NCBI RefSeq assembly: GCF_035084215.1
Contig: NC_090351.1
Span: 11,532,001-11,596,000 of the forward strand
Direction: 5' to 3'
Source of the DNA: Heptranchias perlo
Taxonomy: Eukaryota
Length of the DNA: 64,000 nt
Below the pieces are notes generated by a model. The model had not been told where the DNA came from and made no database searches. It was given only the letters and a program-made list of their open reading frames with translations. The position numbers were made by a program, and so were the translations under genes. Positions 14,489 through 24,959 of the stretch are shown in pieces. The number at the start of each line of letters is the position of its first letter. The stretch's first letter is position 1.

Positions 14489-14580
14489 GTATTATCTGAA
14501 ATAGACCTAATACAGTGGTATCAGATTATCACCCCTGAAGTTCAGGAGTGATAATCTGACACCACTATTTCAGATAATAC
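14489..14580. repeat. Compact imperfect palindrome (hairpin/MITE-like)
   Basis: Outer arms GTATTATCTGAAATAG / CTATTTCAGATAATAC; inner arms AGTGGTATCAGATTATCACCCCTGAA / TTCAGGAGTGATAATCTGACACCACT. Confidence 0.8.
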
Positions 14581-15032
14581 ATTATTGCAGAAAAGGCCTG
14601 GTCAAAAAAGCACTTCCAATTTCTGCTTTTTAAAGCAGTGTACTTATTTCAGCACCATAGAGTCCAATTTAAAGTAGATTTTAATATTTTCTACAAGTGT
14701 ATTATAAATAGGTAATGAATCTTCAACATCTAATTTTGTTGTTAAAGCTCAGCAAATCTGTTATATGAACCACGAGGCAATCTAAATTATACTTTTGTAC
14801 ATTAAAAGCTCATATATGTGCATAACTACTCACTGTTACTTTATCTGACACTAGTTTTTGTCCTCTCCTTCCAAAAAAAATTCTGCCCTCCTTTCCTGAG
14901 CATGCTTGGTAAGGTTCCAAAGTGCCAACTGCCCACCAATAGTTTACCCAGCAGCCATTCTTCACATTTGAGCCTAAACAAGGGTCAATGTGGCTCAGTT
15001 GATAACACTCATCTTTGCGTGACCAGATTGTG

Positions 15033-15810
15033 GGAGAACGCTTACCCGAAGATCAGTGGCTGAATGTCCTTGACTGCTGAAGTGTTCCCCGACTGGGAGG
15101 GAACCCTCCTGTCTGGCAATTGTTGCGCGGTGTCCGTCCATCCATTGTCGCAGTGTCTGCATGGTCTCGCCAATGTACCATGCTCCGGGGCATCCTTTCC
15201 TGCAACGTACGAGGTAGACAACGTTGGCCGAGTCACAGGAGTATGAAGGGTACTCTGTTGGTTGCGTCCCGTGTTTGTCTTCTGAGGAGGTCTATGCGAT
15301 TTTTCGCTGTGGCCTGTCGGAACTGTCGATCGACGAGTCGAGCGTCATATCCCGTTCTTACGAGGGCGTCTTTCGGTGTCCATCGCGTTCCTCCTCGTCT
15401 GAGCAGATCCTGTGTATTCGCAGGGCCTGTCCATAGGGGATGGCCTCTTTGATGTGGTTAGGGTGGAAGCTGGAAAAGTGGAGAATCGTGAGGTTGTCCG
15501 TGGGCTTGCGGTAGAGTGAGGTGCTGAGGTGCCCGTCTTTGATGGAGATTCGTGTGTCCAAGAAAGAAACCGATTCTGAGGAGTAGTCCATGGTGAGTTT
15601 GATGGTGGGATGGAACTTGTTGATGTTATCGTGTAGTCTCTTCAGTGATTCTTCGCCGTGGGTCCATAGGAAGAAAATGTCGTCGATGTATCTGGTGTAT
15701 AGCGTTGGCTGGAGGTCCTGTGCAGTGAAGAAGTCTTGCTCGAACTTGTGCATGAAAATGTTGGTGTATTGGGGTGCGAATTTGGTCCCCATGGCTGTTC
15801 CGTGTGTTTG
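15033..15810 (-). mobile_element. Penelope-like element (Neptune-type), inverted truncated copy: RT core plus part of GIY-YIG, with an internal deletion
   Basis: ORF 15358-15792 MGTKFAPQYTNIFM...YTRYIDDIFFLW...TSLYRKPTD...IPYGQALRIHRICSD; 15033-15247 is the reverse complement of about 16250-16464. Confidence 0.9.
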
Positions 15811-16629
15811 GGCCTACAGACGCTGAAAGACGCCCTCGTAAGAACGGGATATGACGCTCGACTCGTCGATCGACAGTTTCGACGGGCCACAGCGAAAAAT
15901 CGTATAGACCTCCTCAGAAGACAAACATGGGACGCAACCAACAGAGTACCCTTCGTCGTCCAGTACTTCCCCGGAGCGGAGAAACTGCGCCATGTTCTCC
16001 GCAGCCTTCAACAGGTCATCGATGACGACGAACACCTCACTAAGGCCATCCCCACGCCTCCACTACTCGCCTTCAAACAGCCACCCAACCTCAAACAGAC
16101 CATCGTTCGAAAGCAAATTACCCAGCTTTCAGGAGAACAGCGTCCACGACACCACACAACCCTGCCACGGCAACCTCTGCAAGACATGCCAGATCATCGA
16201 CACAGATACCACTATCACACGAGAGGACACCACCCACCAGGGTACATGGTTCATACTCCTGTGACTCGGCCAACGTTGTCTACCTCATACGTTGCAGGAA
16301 AGGATGCCCCGGAGCATGGTACATTGGCAAGACCATGCAGACACTGCGACAACGGTTGAACGGACACCGCGCAACAATCGACAGACAGGAGGGTTCCCTC
16401 CCAGTCGGGGAACACTTCAGAAGTCAAGGACATTCAGCCACCGATTTTCGGGTAAGCGTTCTCCAAGGTGGCCTTTGAGACACAAGACAACGCAAAATCG
16501 TCGAGCAGAAATTGATAGCCAAGTTCCGCACCCATGAGGACGGCCTCAACCGGGATCTTGGGTTCATGTCGCGCTACACGTAACCCCACCAGGGGAAAAA
16601 AAAAGTTATCTGTTTTTAACACAACTGGT

Positions 16630-16850
16630 CATTCTCTCTCTTTCTCTTTCTTTCCCCTTTCCCCTCTCCCCTTTTTCCCTCTCCCCTTTTTCCCTCTCCC
16701 CTCTCCCCTTTTTCCCTCTCCCCTTTTTCCCTCTCCCCTTTTTCCCTCTCCCCTTTTTCCCTCTCCCCTTTTTCCCTCTCCCCTTTTTCCCTCTCCCCTT
16801 TTTCCCTCTCCCCTTTTTCCCTCTCCCCTCTCCCCTCTCCCCTCTCCCTC
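16630..16850. repeat. Pure polypyrimidine tandem repeat, 15-bp unit CCCCTTTTTCCCTCT
   Basis: Directly visible, about 220 bp of C/T only. Confidence 0.95.
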
Positions 16851-16897
16851 TGGAATCTTACAACACCAGGTTATAGTCCAACAATTTTATTTTAAAA

Positions 16898-16934
16898 TCA
16901 CAAGCTTTCGGAGATTATCCCCTTCGTCAGGTGA
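16898..16934 (-). ncRNA. Minimal type I hammerhead ribozyme motif (Penelope pLTR)
   Basis: Reverse strand reads TCAC-CTGACGA-AGGGG ATAAT CTCC-GAAA-GCTT-GTGA. Confidence 0.8.
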
Positions 16935-16938
16935 AGAT

Positions 16939-16975
16939 TCACCTGACGAAGGGGATAATCTCCGAAAGCTTGTGA
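16939..16975 (+). ncRNA. Minimal type I hammerhead ribozyme motif (Penelope pLTR)
   Basis: Stem I TCAC/GTGA, core CTGACGA, stem II GGGG/CTCC, GAAA, palindromic stem III AGCT, cleavage triplet CUU. Confidence 0.82.
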
Positions 16976-17245
16976 TTTTAAAATAAAATTGTTGGACTAT
17001 AACCTGGTGTTGTAAGATTCCTTACATTTGTCCATCCCAGTCCATCACCGGCATCTCCACATCATCTCTTTCTTTGGTTCTGGCCGTTTGTATATTCAGT
17101 TGTCTGGGGTATCTAAGGTTTCTCTGTCTGAACACTATTCAATTAATTTGATGGCCTTGATAACGGGCAGTTGGAAAGATTATCTGTAATCACCAGGCAT
17201 TGTTCTATGACTATATATGCGGTAATTTTCAATGAATCTCGACAC

Positions 17246-17282
17246 TCACCTGACGAAGGAGAAAGCCTCCGAAAGCTTGTGA
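17246..17282 (+). ncRNA. Minimal type I hammerhead ribozyme motif (second pLTR copy)
   Basis: TCAC-CTGACGA-AGGAG AAAGC CTCC-GAAA-GCTT-GTGA. Confidence 0.82.
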
Positions 17283-17372
17283 TTTTCAAATAAAACAGTT
17301 GGACTATAACCTGGTGTTGTAAGATTCCTTACATTTGTCCACCCCAGTCCATCACTGGCATCTCCACATCTT

Positions 17373-20300
17373 GGCTTTATAAAGCCAAGGATCCCAAATG
17401 CTTTTTTTTTTAAACAGGCTTCTCAACTTGTCCTGCCACCTTCAAAGACTTGTGTACGTAAACTCCAGGTCTCTCTGTTCCTGCACCCCTTTAAAATTAT
17501 ACCATTTAGCTTATATTGCCTCTCTTCATTCAGCCTTCCAAAATGCATAATTTCACACTTCTCTGCATGAAAGTTAATTTACCACATGTCCTCCGATTTC
17601 ACCAACCTGTCTATGTCCTCCTGAATTCTGCTACTATCCTCCTCACGGTTTACTACTTTTATGAGTTTGGTTTCATCTTCAAACTTTGAAATTATGTCAT
17701 GGATTCCCAAGTCCAGGTCATTAATATATATCAACCTAATACAGATCCTGGGGGACACCACTGTATACTTCCCTCCAGTCTGAAAAACAACCGTTCCCCA
17801 CTATTCTCTGCTTTCTGTCCCTTAGCCAATTTCGTATCCACGCTGCCACTGCCCCTTTAATCCAATGGGCTTCAATTTTGCTAACAAATCTATTATGTGG
17901 TAATTTATTAAACACCTTTTGAAAGTCCATAAATATATCAACCCTCTCCGTTACTTCATCAAAGTACTCAAATCAAGCTCGCCAAACACTTGCCTTTAAC
18001 AAATCCATGCTGGCTGTCATTGATTAACCCATGTTTTTCCAAGTGACAATTAATTTTGTCCCAGATTATTGTCTCTTAAAGTTTCCCCACCACCGACGAT
18101 AGTCTGACTGGCCTGTAGTTACCTGGTTTATCCCGCTCCCCTTTTTTGAACAGGGGTGTAACATTTACAACCCTCTGGCACCACACCCGTCTCCAAGGCG
18201 AATTGATAAATTGTCACCAGAACCTCTGCTATTTCCACCCTTACTTCCCCCCTCAACAACCATCTACCTTGAGCACCGCCAACCTTTTAAGTACCTCTTG
18301 TATCTATTTTTATCCTTTCCAATTTCTCTACCATGACATTAGCAGCATCCTCTTCTCTTGTGAACACAGATGCAAAATGCTTATTCAGTACCTCAGCCGT
18401 GCCCTCTGCCTCCACAAGAAGATCTCCTCTTTGGTCCCTAATCGGCCCACCCTTCCTTTGACTATCTGTGGGCCGAATTTTGCTGTAAAAATAATGGAGA
18501 GACTAACAGCGCTCACTACTGTTTATGTGCAAATCAGACAGCAACTTCTGGCAACTGCACAAGCGCAGTTAAACGCGGAAATCCAGAAGTTGCTTTCCGA
18601 GATGCCCTGCTCCTCCAAAAGCTGCACGAAAATGGCGACTCACTGGTCAAGTGTATTGAACAGTGTGAAGTTCCTGTTCTTACCTCATAGATACGTACTA
18701 AACTCGACAAAAAAAGTTAGAGCTTGTCCATTCCAGTGCAAGTTCCTTTTTAACGGCGTGATTAGTCTTAATTACTGCCAAACAACCTCTCTGGCACTGA
18801 AAATTAACTTTTACTAGTGTGGCGTCTCATTGCATCAGCTTTTAATTATTTTTGGAGATTTAAAAAAAATTTAAATAACTTGTTTTGTTACATTTTCTTT
18901 CTGTCTCTTTTATATCTCTCTCTTAATCCAATCTTTCTTTCCCTCTCTTTACTTTGCTTCCTGTGCCTGATTTGACATTGAATTCACTATTCTAACTGAC
19001 AATTCCTGGTTCAGACGCTGCGCTCCTCATTAATGATTCTTCAATCTGATTGGTTAAGGAGATACACAGTTGTTTCACACAGGTCCCAGATGTCCTGTAG
19101 AGGGCGCTGCACTTTTTGGCTGGTTGGCTGATAGCGACTTGCCGTGCAAAAGCCCACAGACAGTCTATGGGCAAAGGCAAGTCTAACGGACGGCTAGCAC
19201 CGCCAGTTCGCTTTTCAAAGCAAAATCCAGCCCTATATGTTCATAAAATACTTCAGTGTTCCCTTTTATGTTACCGCTAATCTATTCTCATACACTCTCT
19301 CTGCCCCTCTTATTTCCTTTTCCAGTTCCCTGCACTCTGTATTCAGCTTGGCTGTCTACTGCATTATGAACCTGACATTTATCATAAGTCTCCTTTTCCT
19401 GTTTTATTTTAATTATCCAGGGAGCTTTAGCTTTGGATATCCTTCCTTTACCCTTCGTGGGAATGTGTCTAGTCTGTACCCAAACTATCTCCTCTTTGAA
19501 GGCCTCCCATTTCTCATTTATTGCTTTACCTGCCAATCTTTGATTCCAATCCAGCAGGGCCAGATCCCTTTTCAACTCACTGAAATTAGCCCTCCTCCAA
19601 TTGAGTATTTTTACGTTTGATTGTTCCTTATCTTTTTCCATAACTACTCTAAACCTAGTGATATAGTGATCACTGTTTCCCAAATGCTCTCCCACTGAAA
19701 CATGCTCCACTTCATTCCCCAGAACTAGATCCAGCACTGTATCCTTCTTCGTTGGGCTGGAAACACACTGATCAAGAAAGTTCTTGTACACATTTCAGGA
19801 ATTTTTCCCCCTTTACACTGTTATTTTCCCAGTCTATATTAGGATAATTGAAGATCTCCATTATCACTACCCTTTTGTTTTTGCATCTTTCTGAAATTTG
19901 CGGCTCTATCTCCTTCCCACTGCTTGGTGGCCTATATTATACACCCAGCAGCTTAACAGCTACTCTTCTGTTCCTTAACTATACTCAAATAGATTCTATG
20001 AACCCTGAAGCACATCATCCCTTTCCAGGGCTGTAACAGCATCTTTGATCAATTGTGCCATGCCCCCTCCTTTTTATTTCCCCTTCCCTATTTTTCCTGA
20101 ATACATTGTAGCCAGGAATATTAAATTTCCCTTCCTCCCCTTGTTTGAGCCAGGTCGCCATTATTACCAATATGTCAATTTATACCTGCAGTTCACCAAT
20201 CTTATTTACCACGCTCCGTGCATTTACGCACATGACCTCCAAACCCACCTTAGTCTGCCTTGTATTTCTCCCCTATCTGATCCCTCCTATTTCTGAACAA

Positions 20301-20470
20301 CTCTTTATTCTAATGCTGTTTGTCTCTCCCAGACCTCTGTGCACCTTGTTTCTCCTCTCTGGATGCTTCATCCCGGTTCCCCACCCACTGCCAAATTAGT
20401 TTAAACCCTCCACTAGTTACCGTTCCCGCAAGAACATTGGTCCCAGCCCTGTTGAGGTGCAACCCATCCA
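17373..20470 (-). mobile_element. Long decayed CR1 LINE (endonuclease through RT), interrupted by a TIR element
   Basis: ORFs ...VLDLVLGNEVEHVSVGEHLGNSDH...LNWRRANFSELK, MDFQKVFNKLPH...WIRNWLRDRKQR, IYINDLDLG...KFEDETKL. Confidence 0.85.
18470..19233 (+). mobile_element. Non-autonomous DNA transposon (MITE-like, possibly PIF/Harbinger-derived) nested in CR1
   Basis: Terminal inverted repeats GGGCCGAATTTTGCT ... AGCAAAATCCAGCCC; related copies at 20760, 22640 and 49193-50080. Confidence 0.7.
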
Positions 20471-20496
20471 TCTTGTACAGTTACCTAAGTAAGAGT

Positions 20497-20757
20497 TCTG
20501 TACACAAATGCATGTAGCATAAGAAATAAAACAAATGAGTTAGAAGTACAAATTCAGCATAAAGGGTATGATATAGTAATCAACAAGAGACCTGGCTACA
20601 AGCTGGGTATGACTGGGAGCTAAATATTCTGGGCTATAGAATCTTTAGAAAGGACAGGGAAATTTGGGAAAGGAAGAGGAGCACTACTAATAAAAGACAC
20701 AATTACAGCAGTAAAGTGAAGGTTTCAGTAAGTGATCAGGCAGTGGAAACACTGATA
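20497..20757 (+). mobile_element. CR1 endonuclease N-terminal fragment
   Basis: Reads YTNACSIRNKTNELEVQIQHKGYDIV...ETWLQ...WELNILGYRIFRKDR across a frameshift. Confidence 0.7.
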
Positions 20758-20759
20758 GT

Positions 20760-21420
20760 GGCCCAGAATTTGCTGAAACAATAATAGCGTGTGAACTGTT
20801 ATCAATGTGCAAATTAGCTAGCAACTTGTGGCGAGGAAAAGATACCCCGTGAATTGCAATTTGCCACAAGTTGCTGGCCAATTCGCGCCACTCCACATTA
20901 GCTTCGCAAAAACAGCATCTCGCCCTTAACCTCCCCCAGATTTTCATGAAGCTCCTGCATTTGCACATTAATTTCCCATTAAACTTGGCACAGAAAGTTA
21001 AGTCTAGTAATTAACAGCAGAAGTACCCTTTTAACAAAACGATAATTGTTAATGACTGCCACTCAACCACTCTTGCCCAGTACGTGAACAATTAAAAGTG
21101 TACAGTCAGGGAATGAATTGTTGTTGGAGATTTTAAAAATGTTTTTCATACTTTTCCTGTCTCTTAATCCAATCTTTCTTTTCCTCTCTCTGTAGTTGAT
21201 TTAACATTGAATTCACCCACTCTAATTCACCCTCCTTCTCAGTCCTTTGTTTATTTCTCAATCCTTAAATCTCATTGGTTAAGGAGATACACCGTTTGTC
21301 CCGTTGTTCACCAAGGTCCCAGGTGCCCTGTTTCCCTCTGTTATCAGCTGGCGCTTCCTGCAACATAGTGGGCAAAAACTTTAGAGCTGAAGGGTGCAGG
21401 AAAAAGTCTAACTAATCAGG
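20760..21420 (+). mobile_element. TIR-element copy related to 18470-19233, right TIR missing
   Basis: Starts GGCCCAGAATTTGCTG; shares TAATCCAATCTTTCTTT and ATTGGTTAAGGAGATACAC blocks. Confidence 0.6.
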
Positions 21421-21525
21421 CAAATGGGTATCTGGTGATCATGATGGACTGGGTGGCTTTTTTTTTACTTCATGGGTCAAGAATGTTTGTACATTTTGCA
21501 CACCTACCCTGCCATTCACTCACTC

Positions 21526-22195
21526 CCAGGGATCACCATTGACCAGAAACTTAACTGGACCAGCCACATAAATACTGTGGTTAAAAGAGCAGGTCAGAGG
21601 CTGGGTATTTTGCAGCAAGTGACTCATCTCCTGACTCCCCAAAGCCTTTCCACCATCTACAAGGCACAAGTCAGGAGTGTGATGGAATACTCTCCACTTG
21701 CCTGGATGGGTGCAGCTCCAACAACACTCAAGAAGCTCGACACCATCCAGGGTGGTGAATGGGATGCCAATCAAGCCCGCTTGATTGGCACCCCATTCAC
21801 CACCCTAAACGTTCACTCCCTTCACCACCGGTGCACCGTGGCTGCAGTGTATACCATCCACAGGATGCACTGTAGCAACTCGCCAAGGCTTCTTTGACAG
21901 CACCTCCCAAACTCACGACCTCTACCACCTAAAAGGATAAGGGCAGCAGGCACATGGGAACACCACCACCTGCATGTTCCCCTCCAAGTCAGACACCATC
22001 CCGACTTGGAAATATATCGCTGTTCCTTCATTGTCGCTGGGTCAAAATCCTGGAACTCCCTACCTAACAGCACTGTGGGAGTACCTTCACCACACGGACT
22101 GCAGTAGTTCAAGGAGGCGGCTCACCACCACCTTCTCAAGGGCAATAAATGCTGAACTTGCCAGCGACGGCCACATCCCATGAACGAATTAAAAA
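21526..22195 (+). mobile_element. 5'-truncated LINE, same family as 1-913
   Basis: GITIDQKLNWTSHINTVVKRAGQRLGIL...YKAQVRSVMEYSPLAW; tail CCCATGAACGAATTAAAAA. Confidence 0.88.
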
Positions 22196-22639
22196 TACTT
22201 TTCAAGGATCAATACAATTCTCAAACACAACTAGGTTACAATGTCCTCCTCTTCTGCTTGTTCTTTTTAATTTTTTTTCTTAATTTTCCTTTCTGTCTCT
22301 TTTTTTCTTTCTCTCTTAATCCATTTTCTTTCCCTCTTCAGCAAATTTTGATCCAACATGATTGAATTTGATATCAGGTTTGAGGGGAATTTGATGTTAG
22401 GTTTCAGGGAGAAGGGAGAGTCACAAACCAAGGTTTTAAATTCAAGTAACACAAAATTCAAAGTGATGAGAAATAAATTGACCACAGTAAACTGGGTTGA
22501 ACTATTAATGGGTAAATCTACAAGCAGTGGGAAGTATTCAAGAAGAATTTTGTACAATACAAAACCAGTACATACCCATAAAAAGGTACAGGCTCCACTT
22601 GTGCAATTAAGCAAGTCCACAAATGAGCCAAGGGTCAGT

Positions 22640-23000
22640 GGGCCAGAATTTGCTGCAATGGCACATCTTGTGGCAAAAGACATTAATTGGACTTTTTAAC
22701 CTCACCATACACATCACACTATATTTGCACCACAAATTGCTGGCATGTCAAAACAATAATGGCACAGCAATGTCAATGTCACATCTGGGACCTCATGAAC
22801 ATCATGCCCAATGGCTTACTTCCTTAAATAATGAAAGAAAAGGACAGGGAAAGAAAACAAAGCAAATGACAGAGAAGGAAATAGGGTGAATTAGAGTAAA
22901 ATTAGAGACAGAAAGAGAAATAAAAATAGAAAGAGTGGATTGAGAGAAAGAAGAGACAGAAAGGAAAATTAAGAAAAAAAATTAAAAATTAAAAAACAAG
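22640..23000 (-). mobile_element. Partial TIR-element copy in opposite orientation
   Basis: Starts GGGCCAGAATTTGCTG; contains the purine-rich TGGATTGAGAGAAAG...GAGACAGAAAGG block seen in 49193-50080. Confidence 0.55.
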
Positions 23001-23779
23001 CTGAAGAGGAGGATATTGTAACCTAGTTATGTTTGAGAATTGTTGTATTGGTCCTTGAGAAGTTAATGAGTGAATGGCAGGGTAGGTGTGCAAAATGTAC
23101 AAACATTTTTGACCCACGAAGTATAGAACCAGCCACCCAGTCCATCATGATCACCAGATACCCATTTACTAACCAAGCCATTTTGGGAGTCCAAAACATC
23201 TTTACATTAAATGGTTTTCTATAGCTTATTAGATAGGACTGGGTGTCATAAAATTAAACATTTAAAGATTTTTTATTCCAGATTTCAGCCATGCTTCCAG
23301 GATGACAGCACTACCAGCAAAGATGAAAACAGAAAACAATAAACCAGAGTGAGAAATCAAAAGAAAAAAAAATTGCAAATGCCAGAAATCACAAGTAAAA
23401 TTATTTCAATCAGAAATCATCACTATGTCTTGTTATAATGCCCAACACACTGAATATGTTGCAAGGCAGGATGTCTCAGCGTTGTGCTACCCTCAGACCA
23501 ATGAAGTCTCGCTCATTTCGGTTTAAATATTAAACTCATTTTGATTTGATACATCACACTCCTAAAAACATACACGACTCCAGATAACAAAACAGAAAAT
23601 ACACAACAGGACGGTCAGTTGGTGAAAAGACTGGTGAACGTTTTGGGCAGAGACCGTTGCTCTGAAGGAACTCCAAACCTTCCAGCTCTTTCCTTTCTAA
23701 CACGACAGCAGAATGCATCAAAAAGCGTTTCCGATCCATCTCACTCTATTCCATCACAAATCTTACCACTAACCGTTTC

Positions 23780-24130
23780 ACCGTTGTTGACAGTTCGAGT
23801 TAACCCGTGCACTCGCCCACACGTTTACAAGCGGTAACCGTTGGCAAAAGAAGCCGGCACTGCAGCTCTACTCCCGCTCGCAGCCTCGTCCCGAGGGCAA
23901 ACACCACGCGCTGCATCACGGGATATATCGGGAGGCCAAACTGGGCTGGGGGGGGGGAAACTACAACTCCCATGATGCCGCTCGGGCACGCGTGCGCAAA
24001 GGGGAAAGGAACCGGTTTTGCTCGGTGCGCATGCGCATTGGCCCTTGCACCAGGCCGGCCGTGGAGGCTGCCTCGGTTTGATTGAGGTGAGTTGTCAGAT
24101 CTTCGTGTTTCGCGGCCAGGCCTTCCCACA
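23780..24130 (+). promoter_or_regulatory. TTLL1 CpG-island promoter with ZNF143/SBS-type and NRF1 motifs
   Basis: ACTACAACTCCCATGATGC at 23960-23978; perfect NRF1 palindrome TGCGCATGCGCA at 24026-24037; donor-like GAG|GTGAGT at 24087. Confidence 0.75.
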
Positions 24131-24150
24131 TTTCGTATTTCATTAATTAA

Positions 24151-24291
<141 letters not shown>

Positions 24292-24959
24292 TGAGTGGAG
24301 CACAGGTACTGCTTTGTGCTTTAAATTAAGTTATCATTCATTTGGTATTACGTCTTGAGATTTTTAAAAGGATACTTTCTGCTAAACCGATGCTTGGGAC
24401 ACAGGAGGAGCTGCCCCTGGACACTCCGGTTGCCCCTGTGAGTGCTTAATGTGGTCACCGCTCATGCAGTGTAGTCAGCAGCATCCCTGTGCAGCATCCC
24501 CACCCTCACACTCTGTAACAACCTGCCAGATGTCAGGCTCTCTTTGTCCTTCTAGTCTTCCCTTTCTGTACTTGTGCCTCTCTTTTGATCTTGTCTACAT
24601 CTCTATCTGTTGAAGCCTCCCTATCTCTATCAGCTTGTTGCTCTCACGTACTATCCTTCATGTGCGCCACAAGTTTAGCATTGGTGTGAAGTCATTTTAG
24701 CTTTGCACTGATACAAAACGCGTGAAGTATAAATCAGGTGTTAAGGCCTGAGCTGACTCCAAAAACAAAGCGGATTGCAGACAATGTGAAGGGTAATTCA
24801 CCTAAGCAACTATTGAGCAATAAAATTATAAACATAAAAACACTGGCACAACCACCACTTTGGTACTTTCCTGATCAACCTTTTTGGGTACAGAAAAAAC
24901 AAACAACAATGTCTGCGAGCAGGAGTTATCTGCGTGAGAGCTCCTCTTCCAGGGAATCT

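Larger units (their letters stand above)
16852..17021. repeat. Perfect inverted repeat, 84-bp arms with a 2-nt spacer
   Basis: 16852-16935 is the exact reverse complement of 16938-17021. Confidence 0.95.
15815..17370 (+). mobile_element. Penelope-like element (Neptune-type) 3' part: RT thumb, Cys linker, GIY-YIG endonuclease, 3' UTR and pLTR repeats with hammerhead motifs
   Basis: PCHGNLCKTC linker; NVVYLIRCRKGCPGAWYIGKTMQTLRQRLNGHR GIY-YIG motif near 16265-16370; stop at 16581-16583; direct repeats 16939-17063 and 17246-17370; frameshifted. Confidence 0.9.
21422..23167. repeat. Segment bounded by about 101-bp inverted repeats (21422-21522 and 23067-23167)
   Basis: AAATGGGTATCTGGTGATCATGATGGACTGGGTGGCT...TTGTACATTTTGCACACCTACCCTGCCATTCACTCA matches the reverse complement of 23067-23167. 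Confidence 0.9.

Noticed and set aside
16534-16986. 150-aa ORF with PSPLF repeats
   Set aside because: It is a translation of the 15-bp C/T tandem repeat and the palindrome, not a gene
18146-18817. 223-aa ORF
   Set aside because: It spans antisense CR1 and a non-coding TIR element and has no recognisable domain
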